This document shows positions 35,529 to 49,195 of a stretch of 64,000 nt of DNA, piece by piece. Where the stretch lies: NCBI GenBank assembly GCA_017499595.2, contig CM039006.1:62001-126000 (forward strand). Reading direction: 5' to 3'. Made by a program: the position numbers and the translations under genes. Numbering within the stretch: the stretch's first letter is position 1; every line of letters begins with the position of its first letter. The DNA comes from Psilocybe cubensis (Eukaryota). The notes beneath the pieces were generated by a model that did no database searches, was not told the origin of the DNA, and saw nothing but the letters and a program-made list of their open reading frames with translations.

Positions 35529-38039
35529 TCATGACAACTATCCAACATAAACATCAGCCCGAGAAAGGTTGAGAAAGGGGAAAGAAAGGGGCAAGGAACG
35601 TACGAAATCAGCGTTTTTGAGGTAGTCTCGCAATATACTGTCTTTGACTATACATAAAACCGCACGTTAGCGTAGTAGCATAGGGTGGATGGAGGAGAGT
35701 GGTGCTTACCAGCTTTTATAGTCGTCGCTGTAGCTTTTGTGTCCTGTAATATAAATCCATCAGAGATGAGAGTGAGATGAGAGAGGGAGAGGGAGAGGGA
35801 GAGGGAGGGAGGGGAGGGAGGGGAGGGACGTACGACGACGGACGTAGCGTAAAAGTAGCTCGCGCGCTGTGTCGGCGAGTGTTCCTTCAACTGCTCTTTA
35901 AACTTTTCTCTCAAATCTACCAACAACCCATCATCATCATCAACAAAGCGCCAAAACACAAAGACAGCTCATGGCCCACGCACATTTCACAACAGTATTC
36001 ACATCATTCGCCCTTTCACCATAACTAGGCAGATACTTGCGGACCTGCACCCCCGCTTTCAGCTTCCTCTTCAGGAGATCACATTTGTTCAGGAAGAGGA
36101 TCATGGTCGTGCTGGCGAGGAGCTTGGAGGAGCAGACGGTGCGCCAGAGGAGGAAGGAGTCTTCGAGGCGGTTGACGCGTGCGTCTTCGGTCAGGCGCTC
36201 GTCGAAGCATGATACGGGCGCCACTGGGGTGAGTCAGGGGGATTAACGAATGGGAAGGGAGGGGAGGAGAGGGACGCACGGAATATGATAGCTTGGACAT
36301 TATCAAAGTACGGCAACCACGCGTGGCGCTGTGACTATGTGAGCCAGGGTCAAAGCAAGTCGGGAGAGGGGGACATACCACGGTCCGCGAACCGCCTACG
36401 TCGTACAAGATCCACTCTTTACCTGCGTCGCCGCCGATACCGCCCGCAAAGATGCTAGTCGGGCCGTCGTCCAGTCTGATGCGGTACTCTTGCACACCGA
36501 GCGTGCGGAGTCGTGCGCGGACGACGTCATCGTCTGACGGCGAGTAATCGCGCTGGGCGATGCGGTCCAGGTCGTCCAGGAAACTGCTCGTCCATCAGCA
36601 CACACACACTGTAGAGAGAAAGAGCGGTCGTACAAGCCAGCTGTATCCTCGATCCTTATCCTCCGCTTTCTGAGCACGGCACGTACGACGTCGTCCGTCC
36701 ACAGCGCCTTCATATCCTCCAAACAACTCGCCAGAATCTCCGTCGCATCATCCACCATCTCTCCTTCACCCTCCCCATCCTCACCAACGGGCGTCGCACG
36801 CCCACTCCCCACCCTCCCCTGCCTCCTCACACTCTGCGCCGAGCCCTTCCGCACCAAGCGCTGTCCGCGCTGCAACGCCTCCTGCAACCGCGTCACTCCA
36901 AACTCGCGTTGCGCTGACGCAGCACCGAGCGGCCGCGCCAGACCCTGCGGTTCCGTTTCGAGACTTAACGGGCCGAGACTCGTTCCGCCTAACACATTCG
37001 TCGCTGCGCTATCACCCGTCGCAGCAGCAGCAGCAGCAGGCGCTGGCGATGGCAAGGGCAACCCCATATCCTCATCCGACCCCGCACCAAGCCGCCTCTT
37101 CAGATCCGTCTCGACGCGGCGTAACGGCCCAAGCCGCATCTTCAGCACCTGGTGTTTACCCGTCAACAACGTCGACAGCGCCTTACCCCCTTCCCTCCCC
37201 GTGCCTCCTCCCACACCACTCCCACTTGCCTCTCCCCCTCCACCTGCACTGCTACTCCCCGCAGGACTGACAGGGTGCTGCAGATCGCCCTCGCCTTCGG
37301 GCTCCCCGTCCATCTCGGCCTGCAATGCCTCTACGATCGTAATGATCGAGCGGATCACGTTGAGCTGGATAACAGCGCGCCATGACGCGCGCTCGGCGTC
37401 CCAGTCTGCGCGTGCGTATTTCATTCGGAAGTCTGGGTGGAACCGTGGGCGCGATGTGAGGGGTAGGGTAAGAGTGTGAGTTGGGACGGTGGGTTGAGAG
37501 AAGGGAAGTCAGTATAAGAACACGGGTAAGATGAGACGACGCACTTTTCAACGTCGTCGATTTGCCTAATCACCACAACCACACCAACGACCACATCCAC
37601 AAGCGCACATCAAATCCCAAATCCAAATCCAATCCCAACATCGAATTCGTCCGTCGAAAATCGACCCAAAAGAAACACCCATAAAAAAAAAAAACGTCAG
37701 CTCCCATCCCATCCCCCTCACCCCCCCCCCCCCACACCCCCAAAAAAACCCTCATAAAAAAACAAACAACCCAAAAAACTCACCACTCTCACTCTGCCCC
37801 AACAAAAGCACCCTCACAACCCCCCTCTCCCTCCGTCTCCTCTCAGCCCTCTCAACTTTCAACTCCTCATCAATCATCTCACTCACTCTCCTTGCCGCCG
37901 CCTCTGCTTCCAGGCGGGTGCTTCTTTCGAGGGGGGTCTCGTTGGGTGGGGGGAGGAGGAGGGTTGATAGGGGGTCGTCTGATGCGGTTGTGGTGGTGGT
38001 GGTGGAGGTGGTTGTGGTGGAGGATGTTGGGAGGCCCAT
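35529..38039 (-). CDS. Atypical heterotrimeric G-protein alpha subunit
   Basis: LLLGQSESG|KSTTLK P-loop split by a 21-nt micro-exon (37565-37545), DDDVVRARLRTLGV switch I, YDVGGSRT switch II, NRLEDSFLLW, ILFLNKCD, YATSVV|DT, and C-terminal VKDSILRDYLKNADF. N-terminal MGLPTS fits the myristoylation pattern. The last micro-exon is uncertain. Confidence 0.9.
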
Positions 38040-38907
38040 GGTGTTGTTTCTCGTAAGGATTTGGGTTTTGAGGGTTGGGTGGGTTTTTTTTGGGGGGAGG
38101 GGTGCGCGATGGTGTTTAGTTCGTATGGACCTATAAGCAGAAACGTCAGCTACGTTCAGATCAAGCTAGAATGTGATATGATGTGGTATGGTAACAAGAA
38201 AAAAATAAAGATAGAAAGAAATAAAGATACGTGAAATGTGAAATGTGAAGGACAAGGAAAAGGAAAAAGCGAGTGTAAAGTGCGTAAAAGTGGAAAGGTA
38301 TAACCGACCGAGGCTCGAGCAAAACTCAACCTAACCAATCCAACCAGTCAACGGCTAGCGGTAACGGCTAGCGGCCAACGGTGAACGAGCAACGGTGAAC
38401 GATGAACGATGAACGATGAACGACGAGTAGACCACCACCGAAGCAAGAGCGTCGAACACCGAAGCACAAAGCACGAAAATCAACACAGACGCACGAAGAG
38501 CGAAGCACACAAACCGAGGCGCACCTCAGCACCGTGACGAACGGAGCACGAAAAACGAAGCGCAAAAACCACCACCTCCGAAGCACGAAGAAAGAGCAAA
38601 GCAAAGCAAAGCACGAAGAAAGCGAAGAACAGACCCAAGCAAACCAAGCAAGCAACAAACGAGCAAGGAGCAAAAAAGAAGCACGAAGCGTAAGCACACA
38701 AATATCAGGGGTGGATACAAATATAAACCTGAAACGCGAACCCAAGAATGATCTAAAAATAGAATATACGTGTACGGGGTGGGCTGGGGTGGTAAGATGT
38801 GATATGGGATGGGATGGGATTAGGAATACGAATGGATAGAAGGATTGGATAGGAATGGGATTGGATAGGATATGAAAGGGGGAGAAAGAGGAAGAGAAAG
38901 AGGACAC

Positions 38908-39035
38908 GGATAGGATAGGATAGGATAGGAATGAGATAGGATAGGAATGGGATAGGATAGGATAGGATAGGATAGGATAGGATAGGATAGGATAGGATAG
39001 GATAGGATAGGATAGGATAGGATAGGATAGGATAG
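38908..39035. repeat. (GGATA)n microsatellite
   Basis: About 17 perfect GATAG units at 38951-39035, preceded by imperfect units. Confidence 0.95.
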
Positions 39036-41659
39036 AAAGAGGTATAGCGCGTAAGACCTATAACCTATAACCTAGACTCTAGGATCCTAGGTCCTAGATC
39101 TAGCGCAGGTGATGTCGTGCGGGGTGAGTGGAGAGGAGGGCTGGTCAAGGTGGTCAAGGTGGTCAAGTGGTGCGGAGTGGGGTAGAACTCTGATTGCGAT
39201 TGTAATCACGAACGAACCAACGAAGAAGAGAAGGCGGAGAAGACGAGGCAGAGTAAATGAGGAACGGTAATTTGGGAAAAGGAAATGAGGAAATGAGGAA
39301 ATGAGGAAATGAGGAACAGAAGAGCAGAAGAGCAGAAGAGCAGAAGACGAAGAGAACGGGACACGAAATACGCAATCCGGAACGAAAACAGTAAGATGTA
39401 AGATTTAAGATGTCACCAAGATAAAATAAAATAAAATAAGATCCAACGCGGTGCGCTGTGCGCTGTGCGGTGTACTCATGCACATACACATATACCCGTC
39501 ATCAAGCTTTTGAAGATGATCATCATCATCATCATCAAGCTGATGAGAGAGATAGTGTAATGTCATGTAATGTAGATCCCCGCGTGGTCATGGTCATGCT
39601 ACGATTATAGCCATGCTACGATTATAGACCTGCGCATGAATATAGTCATAGTCATAGGCATGATTACAGTCATAGTCATATCACGCTCACGCTCATGACT
39701 ACGATTACGAGTATAGCCGTAGTCGTAGTCGTGTACATGGCTGTGTCCATGCTCATGCTCGTGCTCGTGTTCAGAATAGAATCGAAAGGTATAAATGGAA
39801 TAAATGGAAGAATTAAATGGAAATGCGGTACGTGTGTGTATGTTTGCATGTGCGTGCGTGCGTGTGCGCGTGCATGTGCATGCGCGTGCGTGTGGGGCTG
39901 TCGTAGAATTTAAAAGGAGTGGATATAAAACAATGAAAGCAGTGGGCGAGGATGTGAAACGAGAATATATCAAATGGACGGAAAACAGAACGAAAAAGGA
40001 AACAGAACGAAAAAAAATGGAAATAGAACGCGGCAAAGCAAACAGAGTGAAAACGCAAACGGAACGGAAGCAGCCAAGAAACGCACAAACGTGAACGCAA
40101 ATGCAAAAAAAACGGAAGCAGAACGAAAACAGAAACGAAAAAACAGCACGAAAACAGAACGGAAGAGAAATCAGAACGGAAGAGAAATCAGAACAGAAAA
40201 GGTACACAACGGAACCAAAAAAACGGAAACGGAAACAGAAACAGAAAAAAAAAACGCGCTTGAAGTTGGTGACGACGCGAGGGACGACGCGAAGAAGGAA
40301 GGGTGCAGGAGCGGGAACGGGAGCGAGAGAGAGAGAGGACAAAGAAGAGGATGAGGAGAGAGAAAGACGGGCTCACTTTATTCTACAACTTCTACGACTT
40401 CACGACTCGTATCCTATCCTATCCTTCCAAATTCTGAATTCCAAATTGTCCAATTTTGAAATTTTGAAACGAGTCCCAGATGTAACCCAACGCCAACGAC
40501 GACGAAGACGACGATGAAAGCTAGAGTTCAGATGCGCAGAGCTGAGTAGAGCTGAGTGGTATAGTATTGACCTGAGCAGAGCAGAGCAGAGCAGAGTTGC
40601 GTTGAGCTTAGTTGCGTTGAATACACCAATACAGAGCGTCGAGCCGAAACGGAGCTCTAGACGCAGACGTATGTAGACGCAGACGCAGGAGGTGGAAACA
40701 GAAAGGAACAAGAAGAAAGGAAACCGAGAAAAATAGAACCCAAGGCACCGCAACCGCACCGTACCGTAACTCCGTGACCCGTCAAAACATCTCTCACCCT
40801 CCCCCCTCACCTAAACCACAAAGGAACCAAAGCCGACTCCCGACGGCAACAATATACAACAAGTCAATAACCTAACCTAACCACCGATCGCTCGACGCTG
40901 GCGGCTGGATACCGCAATTTAATGAGAAGATGAGAAGATGAGAAGAAGCATAGAAGCGCGGGTTGTAATATTATTATTCAACTTATTGCAATATCAAGAT
41001 TGGAGATTTGACATGCCCGGACGGGGACTCCAAGGAAATACTGGTGCAAGGAAATACGAGGAAATACAACAACAAGAACAAGAAAATACAAGGACTCGAA
41101 GGAAGGACGCAGATTGAGAAGGATGGATGAGTGAGATTAGAAACTCAAACTCAAACGACTACGACCCTGCAGTCGCCCAATGCCTCGGCACACGCTTAAA
41201 GTTATGGACATGCACGCACGCTTATGCTTATGCTTATGCTTATGCTTATGCTTGATATAGCGTTGCCCAATGCGCACAACGCCAGCGCCAGCGCCAGCTC
41301 CAGCTTCAGGGCAGGAAGCAAACCTGGAAATTTCCATAATTTTTGGATTGATTTGAATGTTTGGTAGCGTACGGCGCATATTAGAGTAAGTTGGATGTGC
41401 ACTGTGTATGGTGGATCTTTACGTTCTTCGTTTTCCGTTCCCCGTTCCCCGTTCTCCGTTTTGCGGTATGTATGCACATATACCGTAACAATACGAAACG
41501 AAACAAAAACCAACGCAATCAACGAAAACCAACGAAACGAAGGGGTAAGCAAGTAACTTAGTAAGTAACGAAGCAGTTTTGTGACTTGTCCCTCTGAAAG
41601 CGCCAATATGGCAATATCCGCCGTCGCGGTGACGGCGACGGTTACCATGCGCATATGTA

Positions 41660-43113
41660 CGGTTGCCGCCTCAAACATGGTCTAACTTTCTTGCAGATCG
41701 TCGAATCTGAGTCCGTTTTTGTTAATCGGGGTCCCTTCCTCGTAGCATAACTCTCCGTTACCTCTGTGACACCTTTTGTAGCTTTACAATCTCCGACGCT
41801 GTACAGTCAATGTTCTGCCGACCGCCGAGGCTAAATCATTTGCTAGTGCCATTACCAAAGTGTTACTGGCTGCTGGCACATGAGCCTGAACAAAATTGAA
41901 GTTGAAGTTCGAGTATCAGATTATTCTATCAATTTAATATGTAGAGCTAAATTTGTATTATATACAATTACATTATGGGAGGTCAGAGTAGACGATTCAG
42001 ACGCAGAGGTGACAGAGGTGATTCTGCTCATCAGAAGCGTGGGAAGACGCAGAATCGCCTCTCAATCGGAATCGCTGACTCGCCTCTGAATCGTTGAAGC
42101 GGCTCCGGACGCGCTTCAACGATTCTGCATCTATGAATACAATAAGTTACAATGTCCAATTGAAAGAAGCCACTGGGCTGTTAGTATGGCTGTGTTTTGC
42201 CATATTGGATAATGAGTCTGCTTTTCAGTTGCAGAGGTTACAAGTGAATTGACAAATTAGTAGTCCTGGCTCATGCTGCTAAGGCGTTATCAACACTCAC
42301 TTCCGTTTGTTAAGACTCAAAATTAAATATTCCGTGTACGAGTCCAAGGTTTCCTCTTTTTCATCGTTCAACAACATGTCAAGGTTTCAATGTTTTTATT
42401 CTTTTTTTTTCGTTGCCTCAGCGGTTCGAACCTGACAATAGAAATGGAAACGAACCCCCGAGTTTATTAGAACACGAGGCAGAAACAAGCAAAAACTTAA
42501 ATTGAAGGGTGATCGGGTTTCCATGTTGCTTGTATCCTATGTCCCATTTCTGAGTCACATTCACACTTTCCGGTAAAGCACTGTTATATACTGTGAAAAA
42601 TGACATTTCTCATAGTCCAATTTATGAGAAATATATAATACAACCTAATTAATCTACTTGTAAGCTGTGTAGAATACGGGCCAAATTTTACAGCGTAGGA
42701 ATACGCTGGAAGACGGCGTTGTACACCACCAACTTAAACAAACACACAAAATGCTCCATCTAAACGGGGACATGGCGGCATGCCTGTCTCAAGGTTGGAG
42801 GGTAGCCGACGGCAAGGTAGGTATAATAAGTGGTGACTTGAGGGAGTTGTACAGCTGTATGCCAATTTATTAGAGAACGAGGAGGTGGGGTAAGGACATT
42901 TCGGAGAAGCACCTCGAGGCTCCGGGACAGAGGTTGAAATTTGAAACTCCGACTTCCCCCGAGCCGGCCAACCACAGTCACACATAGAGGGTCTGAACAG
43001 CAGTTCTACCTGACGTGACAAACAGGAAAGTAACGCAGTGCCAGGACCCCCATCCACCGCTTCCTGATAGCGGAACAGTTGCCTTATGTAGACCATGTTT
43101 GAGGCGGCAACCG
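41660..43113. mobile_element. Non-autonomous Tc1/mariner-type element with 25-bp TIRs and TA target duplication
   Basis: TA|CGGTTGCCGCCTCAAACATGGTCTA at 41658-41684 is the exact reverse complement of TAGACCATGTTTGAGGCGGCAACCG|TA at 43089-43115. No transposase ORF inside. Confidence 0.8.
41977..42140 (+). mobile_element. Single end of the GGAGGTCAGAG-TIR family nested in the Tc1/mariner-type element
   Basis: Reverse-complement similarity to 32336-32545, for example AAGCGTGGGAAGACGC, TCGCCTCTGAATCGTTGAAGC and CGATTCTGCxTCTATGAAT. Confidence 0.75.
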
Positions 43114-46100
43114 TAATATGGGAACATGGGAACATGCTCACGAGTCCAAATGCGCATATGCATGCCTACACGCGCATATGTATGCGCACATCGCGCCGTC
43201 GCGACGACGACTGCAACGGTACACGATGCACGCACAGTATGAGTACACGAACGTCGCCTGAGCACTCAGCGCTCGGCGCTCGCTCAGCCACAGTCGAGCG
43301 AGAATACGACAGAGTACAAAACAAGGAACGCGAGAAAGCGGGAAAGCGAGAAATCAGAAAACGTTTAGGAAACAGGAAACAAACTGGTTGGCTGGACCAG
43401 TCTGGACTCTGGAGTCCCTGAACATTAATACTAATAGTAATACATATCGAGCTAGCGCTGATGTTAGACAAATGTTATATATATACACGGCGTTCAATAC
43501 TCAATACAAACTTATGTATATTGTAAGTATCATGTTCACTTACTTACTTGGATAATCTGACTCGACACGAAAGACGAGCAGACTGAGCGCTCAGTACTTC
43601 AGTGCTCACCGTGTGCACTTAGACTTACCACTTACCACTTACAACGAGCAACACAACACAACGCGCTCCGACTTCCCCCACCCCATTGCCCAAATTAGAA
43701 AAACGACACATCTGCTGCTCCAGGGACCAGTGCTCAGTGCTCACTGCTATATGATCGTATGTTCGCGAGGAGCTTGCTTGAATGTTGATGGTCGTCATGC
43801 TATACCGCCAATGTCAATGCCAATGCCACTGTCAACGCCAGCGTCGGTGTCAGCGTCAGCGTCACAATTACATATCGACATATAGGTAGTATTATGTATA
43901 AATGTTAGTATTTTTGGTTCTCCACTCCGATGGCAAGAGCCGCCGGTATATTCCGCGTGTCCTGGGAGCGTCTGTAGCTCGCCGATCAGTGATTGAATAT
44001 TGATCCCTGACGATCCAGAAGAGAAAGGTTGAAGTGAATGTAAGTAGTAACTACCGTTGAGCAAAGTCAGAATCGAACTTTTCTGCGTCAAACTTCGTCA
44101 GACTATACCTAAAAGACGCGTCGAAAACTCGGAACGCCCGCGTATGTCCTTCTGCCCGAGGCATGCCCGAGACCTCTACTCAACGCGCGCGCGTTCGTAT
44201 ACAATCTTACGGTAGGGCATCGCCGTGATGGTGTGATGATACAGACTGGTCAGTGAGTCAATTGAGCCTGTAGCGCTAGCGTTGACTGCAACGTACTGTA
44301 ATCGATTGTGTCACTGCATACTAAGTTTTACGAGCCTTGAGGGCAATCTGAATCTGATTGTCCATCCTTTCCTGTTCATATTATACAATACAGTCGCATT
44401 CACATTCAGCTTTATCCCTGGCCAGCATCAGCAGGGTTTAATCGAGTACATATTGATTAATCAATGGAATTGTGAGGAGACACATTCATGAATTAAACGG
44501 CGTACATAGGAAATCCAACCAACCCACACTAAATTGCGGCCTGTCAAACGGTTCATAGACCATAACGATATTGAGTAACACTATTCAATAATTAACTACA
44601 GAGTCGCAGCGACATTGACATTGACATTGACATTGGCATTTCAATTTTGAATTTTCAACCTTCAAGCTTCAAGCTCCAAGCTCCAAGGTTGAAACTGACA
44701 CTCGACAGACGCCGTCGACTCATAGTGTATTTTACGTCAACGTCAAGTTCCCTTCTACCACTTACGGGGACTGGTTACTGGTACCTGTGGATCGAGTCAT
44801 CGACGGTCCACGGAAGTACAGTCTCAATTCTAAAGCAGATGAAGATCGCACTACGGAGCTGTCTTCAACTTTTTGTCAGCTGTCCACCCTATAACCGAAT
44901 TCAGCCAGAAATTTTCTGAAGTCCAGGACGACAGGGCACACAGTAACATACCCCTATGTGAGCAGATAGATCCTCATGAAAACTAAGCGCCGACATTGTG
45001 TTCCGTCGCGTCAACTAGCCTCAACCGCACCGCGCTGACATTTCCACCTTCCCTTCCCTGTCCTGCATCTCTCCGGTGAAATGACCATCTCGCAGCGCAC
45101 AGGATCTCTCAGTCTCGATCATAGTCGTCCACGACAAGTCCAACCAATTTGCTTCCGCCCCATTCAGACGCCTTGGCTTTCACACTTTTCCCACCTCGTT
45201 GATCTTTATATCCTCGCCAACCATCCATTGTGCAGTATCGGCAACTGCTCAGATCTGATGCCTCAATGCTGGACTGTAGCTGTATATACACATACACAAA
45301 AAAGTACACATCGCTGAGAAAACCAAATGGATACAAAATATAGCACATTGCCTTCCATTCCCGGCCGTTGCGACGAGGATTTGCCTCCGTGCCATGCAAA
45401 CGACGCACAAATTGAGACGGCTAAATAGATATGCAAGTTGCTTGGCGGCGTGGAATTTTGTTATTCAAATCTGGTCCTAATCCTGCTGCGCTGCTTAACC
45501 GTCTGTAGCCGTCTGTTCGCATATATATCTGCGTATGCAGCTGATGGGAACCTAGGCTGGTACCAGATTGTTCAAATGCATGTTCTGGTATTCTATTAAC
45601 TGAGATTGATTTTGTATCACGTCTATGTAATTTTCACCTCCCTCGTCTCGAGAGGCCTCAAAAAACCTGCATCTGTTACTCCTATTTATATTTCTGGTAT
45701 ATAAAACCGTCCCAGGCTCCCAGCGGAGATTCAGCGAACTAGATTGCAATGGATAGAACATATAATAAGGAAAACATGGAAAACGGGCTAAAGCGCATGT
45801 ACGAATCTGCAAGAAAACAACAAGATTTATCATGCACAGAATAGGTGCCTCCGCTATCACCGCCTTCAAAGTCGCCGTCTAAAATAGACTTTTAATGCAA
45901 ACTTTGTACAGACAGGTTGTATTCGAGAAGACAAAATATTGAACCCCCAAATGAGCTCTCCGCGACCTCAAGGCTGCGGATGCAACCTCGTTTTCAGACG
46001 GAAGCGAACAACTTGAACGGCTGTACAAACAGGTTCACTGGAGGTAGGAGGACTATCTCTAACTGGGTGATTTTCCCGTAGCGGATGTGCTTCAGACTTA

Positions 46101-46251
46101 TTGAGGTTATTTTGACACTTCATTCCTGGGTGCTCGGGATACAGATGAACTCCTGTTTTCAGGAAACAGCCGTTTCGTCGAAGGACAACTTATAACTGTA
46201 TGGATTTATACTCGAACACCCACCTCTTATCGACGCAGACGCCCAACAGCG

Positions 46252-47714
46252 ATGGCCAATTCTCCTTCTCACTCTGAGCATAACCACTCCAGCAATCTTC
46301 CCGTGGAGATCATCGAAAAAATCATCCAGAACGCATGCACGACCTACTGGTGTCACCCGCCGACACTCTCATCCATCGCACTCACATCGCATGTTCTTCG
46401 CGTTTACGCAAATAACGCACGCTTCTCTGCACTCTTTGTCATTCAGGGATCGTACGTTCCCGTCGAGAAAGTGGTGAAAAGCATCAGGCGCCTCGTGGAT
46501 GTTATTAAATCTGGCAACACTGTCTCGAGCGGGATGCCTGGCATCTTGAACTTTACCACGTCGCTTTCGCTGGAGTTTGTGGGCTCGCACAAGGATATAA
46601 TGAGTGGTCTTTCAGATGGAGGTCTGGCCTATCTCTTCAGATCCCTCTTTCGCCAGCCGATTCCGTGGAAGCCTAGCCAGGAGTATGGATTGCGTATGGC
46701 TGTTTATCGTGAAACAACAACCATTCCGGTCGGCGACGTTTGGGAGGATGGGTTTCGAAATTATGTCGGTATCGACTGGCGTTGTGTCAGTCCTGACCTT
46801 GTAGACGCCTTCGTTGATCTCGTGAAGAACTCGCGTCTGAACTCGCTGCTACTTGAGTGCATGCGCAATGTACCAAGATCCATTTTTGAGGGGTCGGGAA
46901 TTGCTATCCTAATCCTCAGCGAGGTTACTGTGGAAGCTGGACTGCCAGCCGCGTCGGTGGACAACGTCAAATTCCCAACGCTCGCATCCCCATTACAGTT
47001 ACTTTCGTTGGGTTCGCTCTCATATAGTGATATCTCCCTGAACTTATATTCGGATGCCCCGCCGCCCTCATATAGTGATATCTCCCTGAACTTACATTCG
47101 GATGCCCCGCACGGAGGTCTGCTACCATCTCTTCTAGAGCTGAGCGTGGCCCCCAGCAGATGCACAGACCTCACCGAGCTTAGGATGGCGCTGACAAATG
47201 CCCCATCTCTTCAAATGTTGGATGTACAGCTTTACGGTACGACCACATTCAATCTTCCATTTATTACCGATTGTTAACATTACCAACACCAGCACTTTTT
47301 TCGATCAGTACACGTCACTCATATATACCTTATCGCAAACTTCCCAAGCTATCGAGAATGAGGATATCTACATTGGCAAATGACCATGGACTATCACTTG
47401 CTATTTGTTTTTTGAAAGCACCGGACGGTGTTGGAAATTTGCGGAGACTGGAACTGATTCTTCAGGGGGGGATTATACACAGAATGGGTGCGACGCCAAT
47501 TCTCATCGAATACAAGAGCATGAGACTGGAACGTCTTGGTGCTCATCTTTCCCTCCCTTCTTTCAATGGCCTTGAAGTGATCAACGTTCAGCTGCATGTC
47601 TGTCAAGGCTTTGCCAATCCATCTAGTATTCAAGATGAGTTGACCGCGCAAATCACCGACAAATTACAGTCATTGAAGAAGAGGCTCGTCGTCAATGTTA
47701 GTCTTACTATGTGA
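46252..47714 (+). CDS. F-box-like protein with LRR-like C-terminus, 2 exons
   Basis: N-terminal LPVEIIEKII...LSSIALTS...ARFS and repeated LxxLxL segments; phase-1 intron 47237-47292 joins ORFs 46252-47277 and 47271-47714. Confidence 0.75.
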
Positions 47715-47976
47715 GACTCGAGAGGATGTTATCATTGATATGTATAGGTAGGATCCAGTTTCCAGTAGTTAAAATATTTGGCAGAAATGTAGTCTACTTC
47801 CATTTTATCCTGAGATTTTAAATTTAAGAATAACTGGTTTCAAATTGTCTGTGCCTTTGAGAGGAAAATATGATACTTTAACTTGACATTTGGACCATAC
47901 ACCACAAGGCTCACCTCCAATTCAGGTACTCTTCAGCATTGACTGGCGCATGCATAAGATCTGGTTGGACGAGGAA

Positions 47977-49195
47977 TTATTCAACTGAATACGGAACGTG
48001 TTCTCGAAATAAATGGGGAAGGATGGCCAAATCGGTTGTTGTGGACAGTGAGCAAGTAATTGACGTAAGGTGTTTGAGGTGAGTATACATGATGGCTATG
48101 TCTGTGTCGTGTTGGCTTGAGATATCGCGAGGTGTTCGAGCTGCATGGTGTATAAATGTAAATATATACGCATTCTATAGCCAATTTGGGATTAAAAAAC
48201 AATACATTACCTTCATTCTCTTTTTTAATCTCGATGGATAGCACCTTCAGAAGCGGAGCATGGTGCAAAATGTCATTCAGGGTGGCTATTGTTGACGCGA
48301 GTGAATGAAACTCTATGTGGCGTGAAATAATATGGCATATCATCAATCTCGTCAGATTGGGGAGATATAATTGTGCAGTGGGGATGTTGAATGTTGGTAG
48401 GCTAGCCGGGAGTCCGAGGTCTCTCGATGTAACAATGGGGCCAACGTTAAGAGATTCAAGGAATAAGGACTCAGTATTTTTATTGACAATATCCAGTTCT
48501 TGCTCAATAGAGCTATTGACAATGTTTACATCCTTGACTTCCCGTTTGCCGACGAAGCTCTTTGGTATATCCTTGACAGAATCCAAGTGGACACTATTCA
48601 ACTGAGAAGATTGAACAAGGTTGTTTAGTGCTTTTTGTATCTCTGGACTGAACAACCTCCAAGAAAACCTATCACGCTGGCCTACTGGGGAATATGGGTC
48701 GTCAACGTTAAGCCTGAGGGTAAGTCTGGAAGGTCCAGGTGACATCATCCGCAAGACATTCGCTGAGGAACCAGTCTGAAAGAGGTTCCGGAGAATGTAG
48801 GCTAGAACTGAATCTGCATCTGCACCCCAACATTTGGGAATGTGGGCCCGAGGGCGAAGAGCTCCTTCTCGATAGTGATAGTACGCCCTGTCTCCTATAA
48901 TCAGCAGCTCTAGTTCGCGGACAAAGTGGCCGATGGATGGTAAAGAAGAGGTCTTTCGTCCTGCTTTTATGACTATGGCCAACGATTTGAGTGCCTTTTG
49001 CGTACTAGCTTTGCTGTCCATTGTGAGAGTGAGTTTAGAAAACCTGGCTTTGTTGGCAAGAATGCGGCAGGAATAAGAGACGAGAGAAATGCAGGAAAGA
49101 ATCCTTGTGTCTGCTGTGAGAATTGATGCTTGTATCGCATATTCGAGTATATGCTCTATCAGCGGCGAAGGTATCACCTGTGGAAGTGTGGACAT
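47977..49195 (-). CDS. F-box-like protein paralogue, C-terminus possibly truncated
   Basis: IPSPLIEHIL...LSCISLVS...ARFS, FVRELEL and LAYILRNLF are shared with the other two paralogues. After a phase-1 intron (GTAATG...GCAG) the second exon stops early at TAA 47977. Confidence 0.65.

Noticed and set aside
38368-40810. Numerous 60-245 aa ORFs rich in F/C/S or K/R/E
   Set aside because: Products of simple-repeat, strand-biased DNA lacking stop codons.
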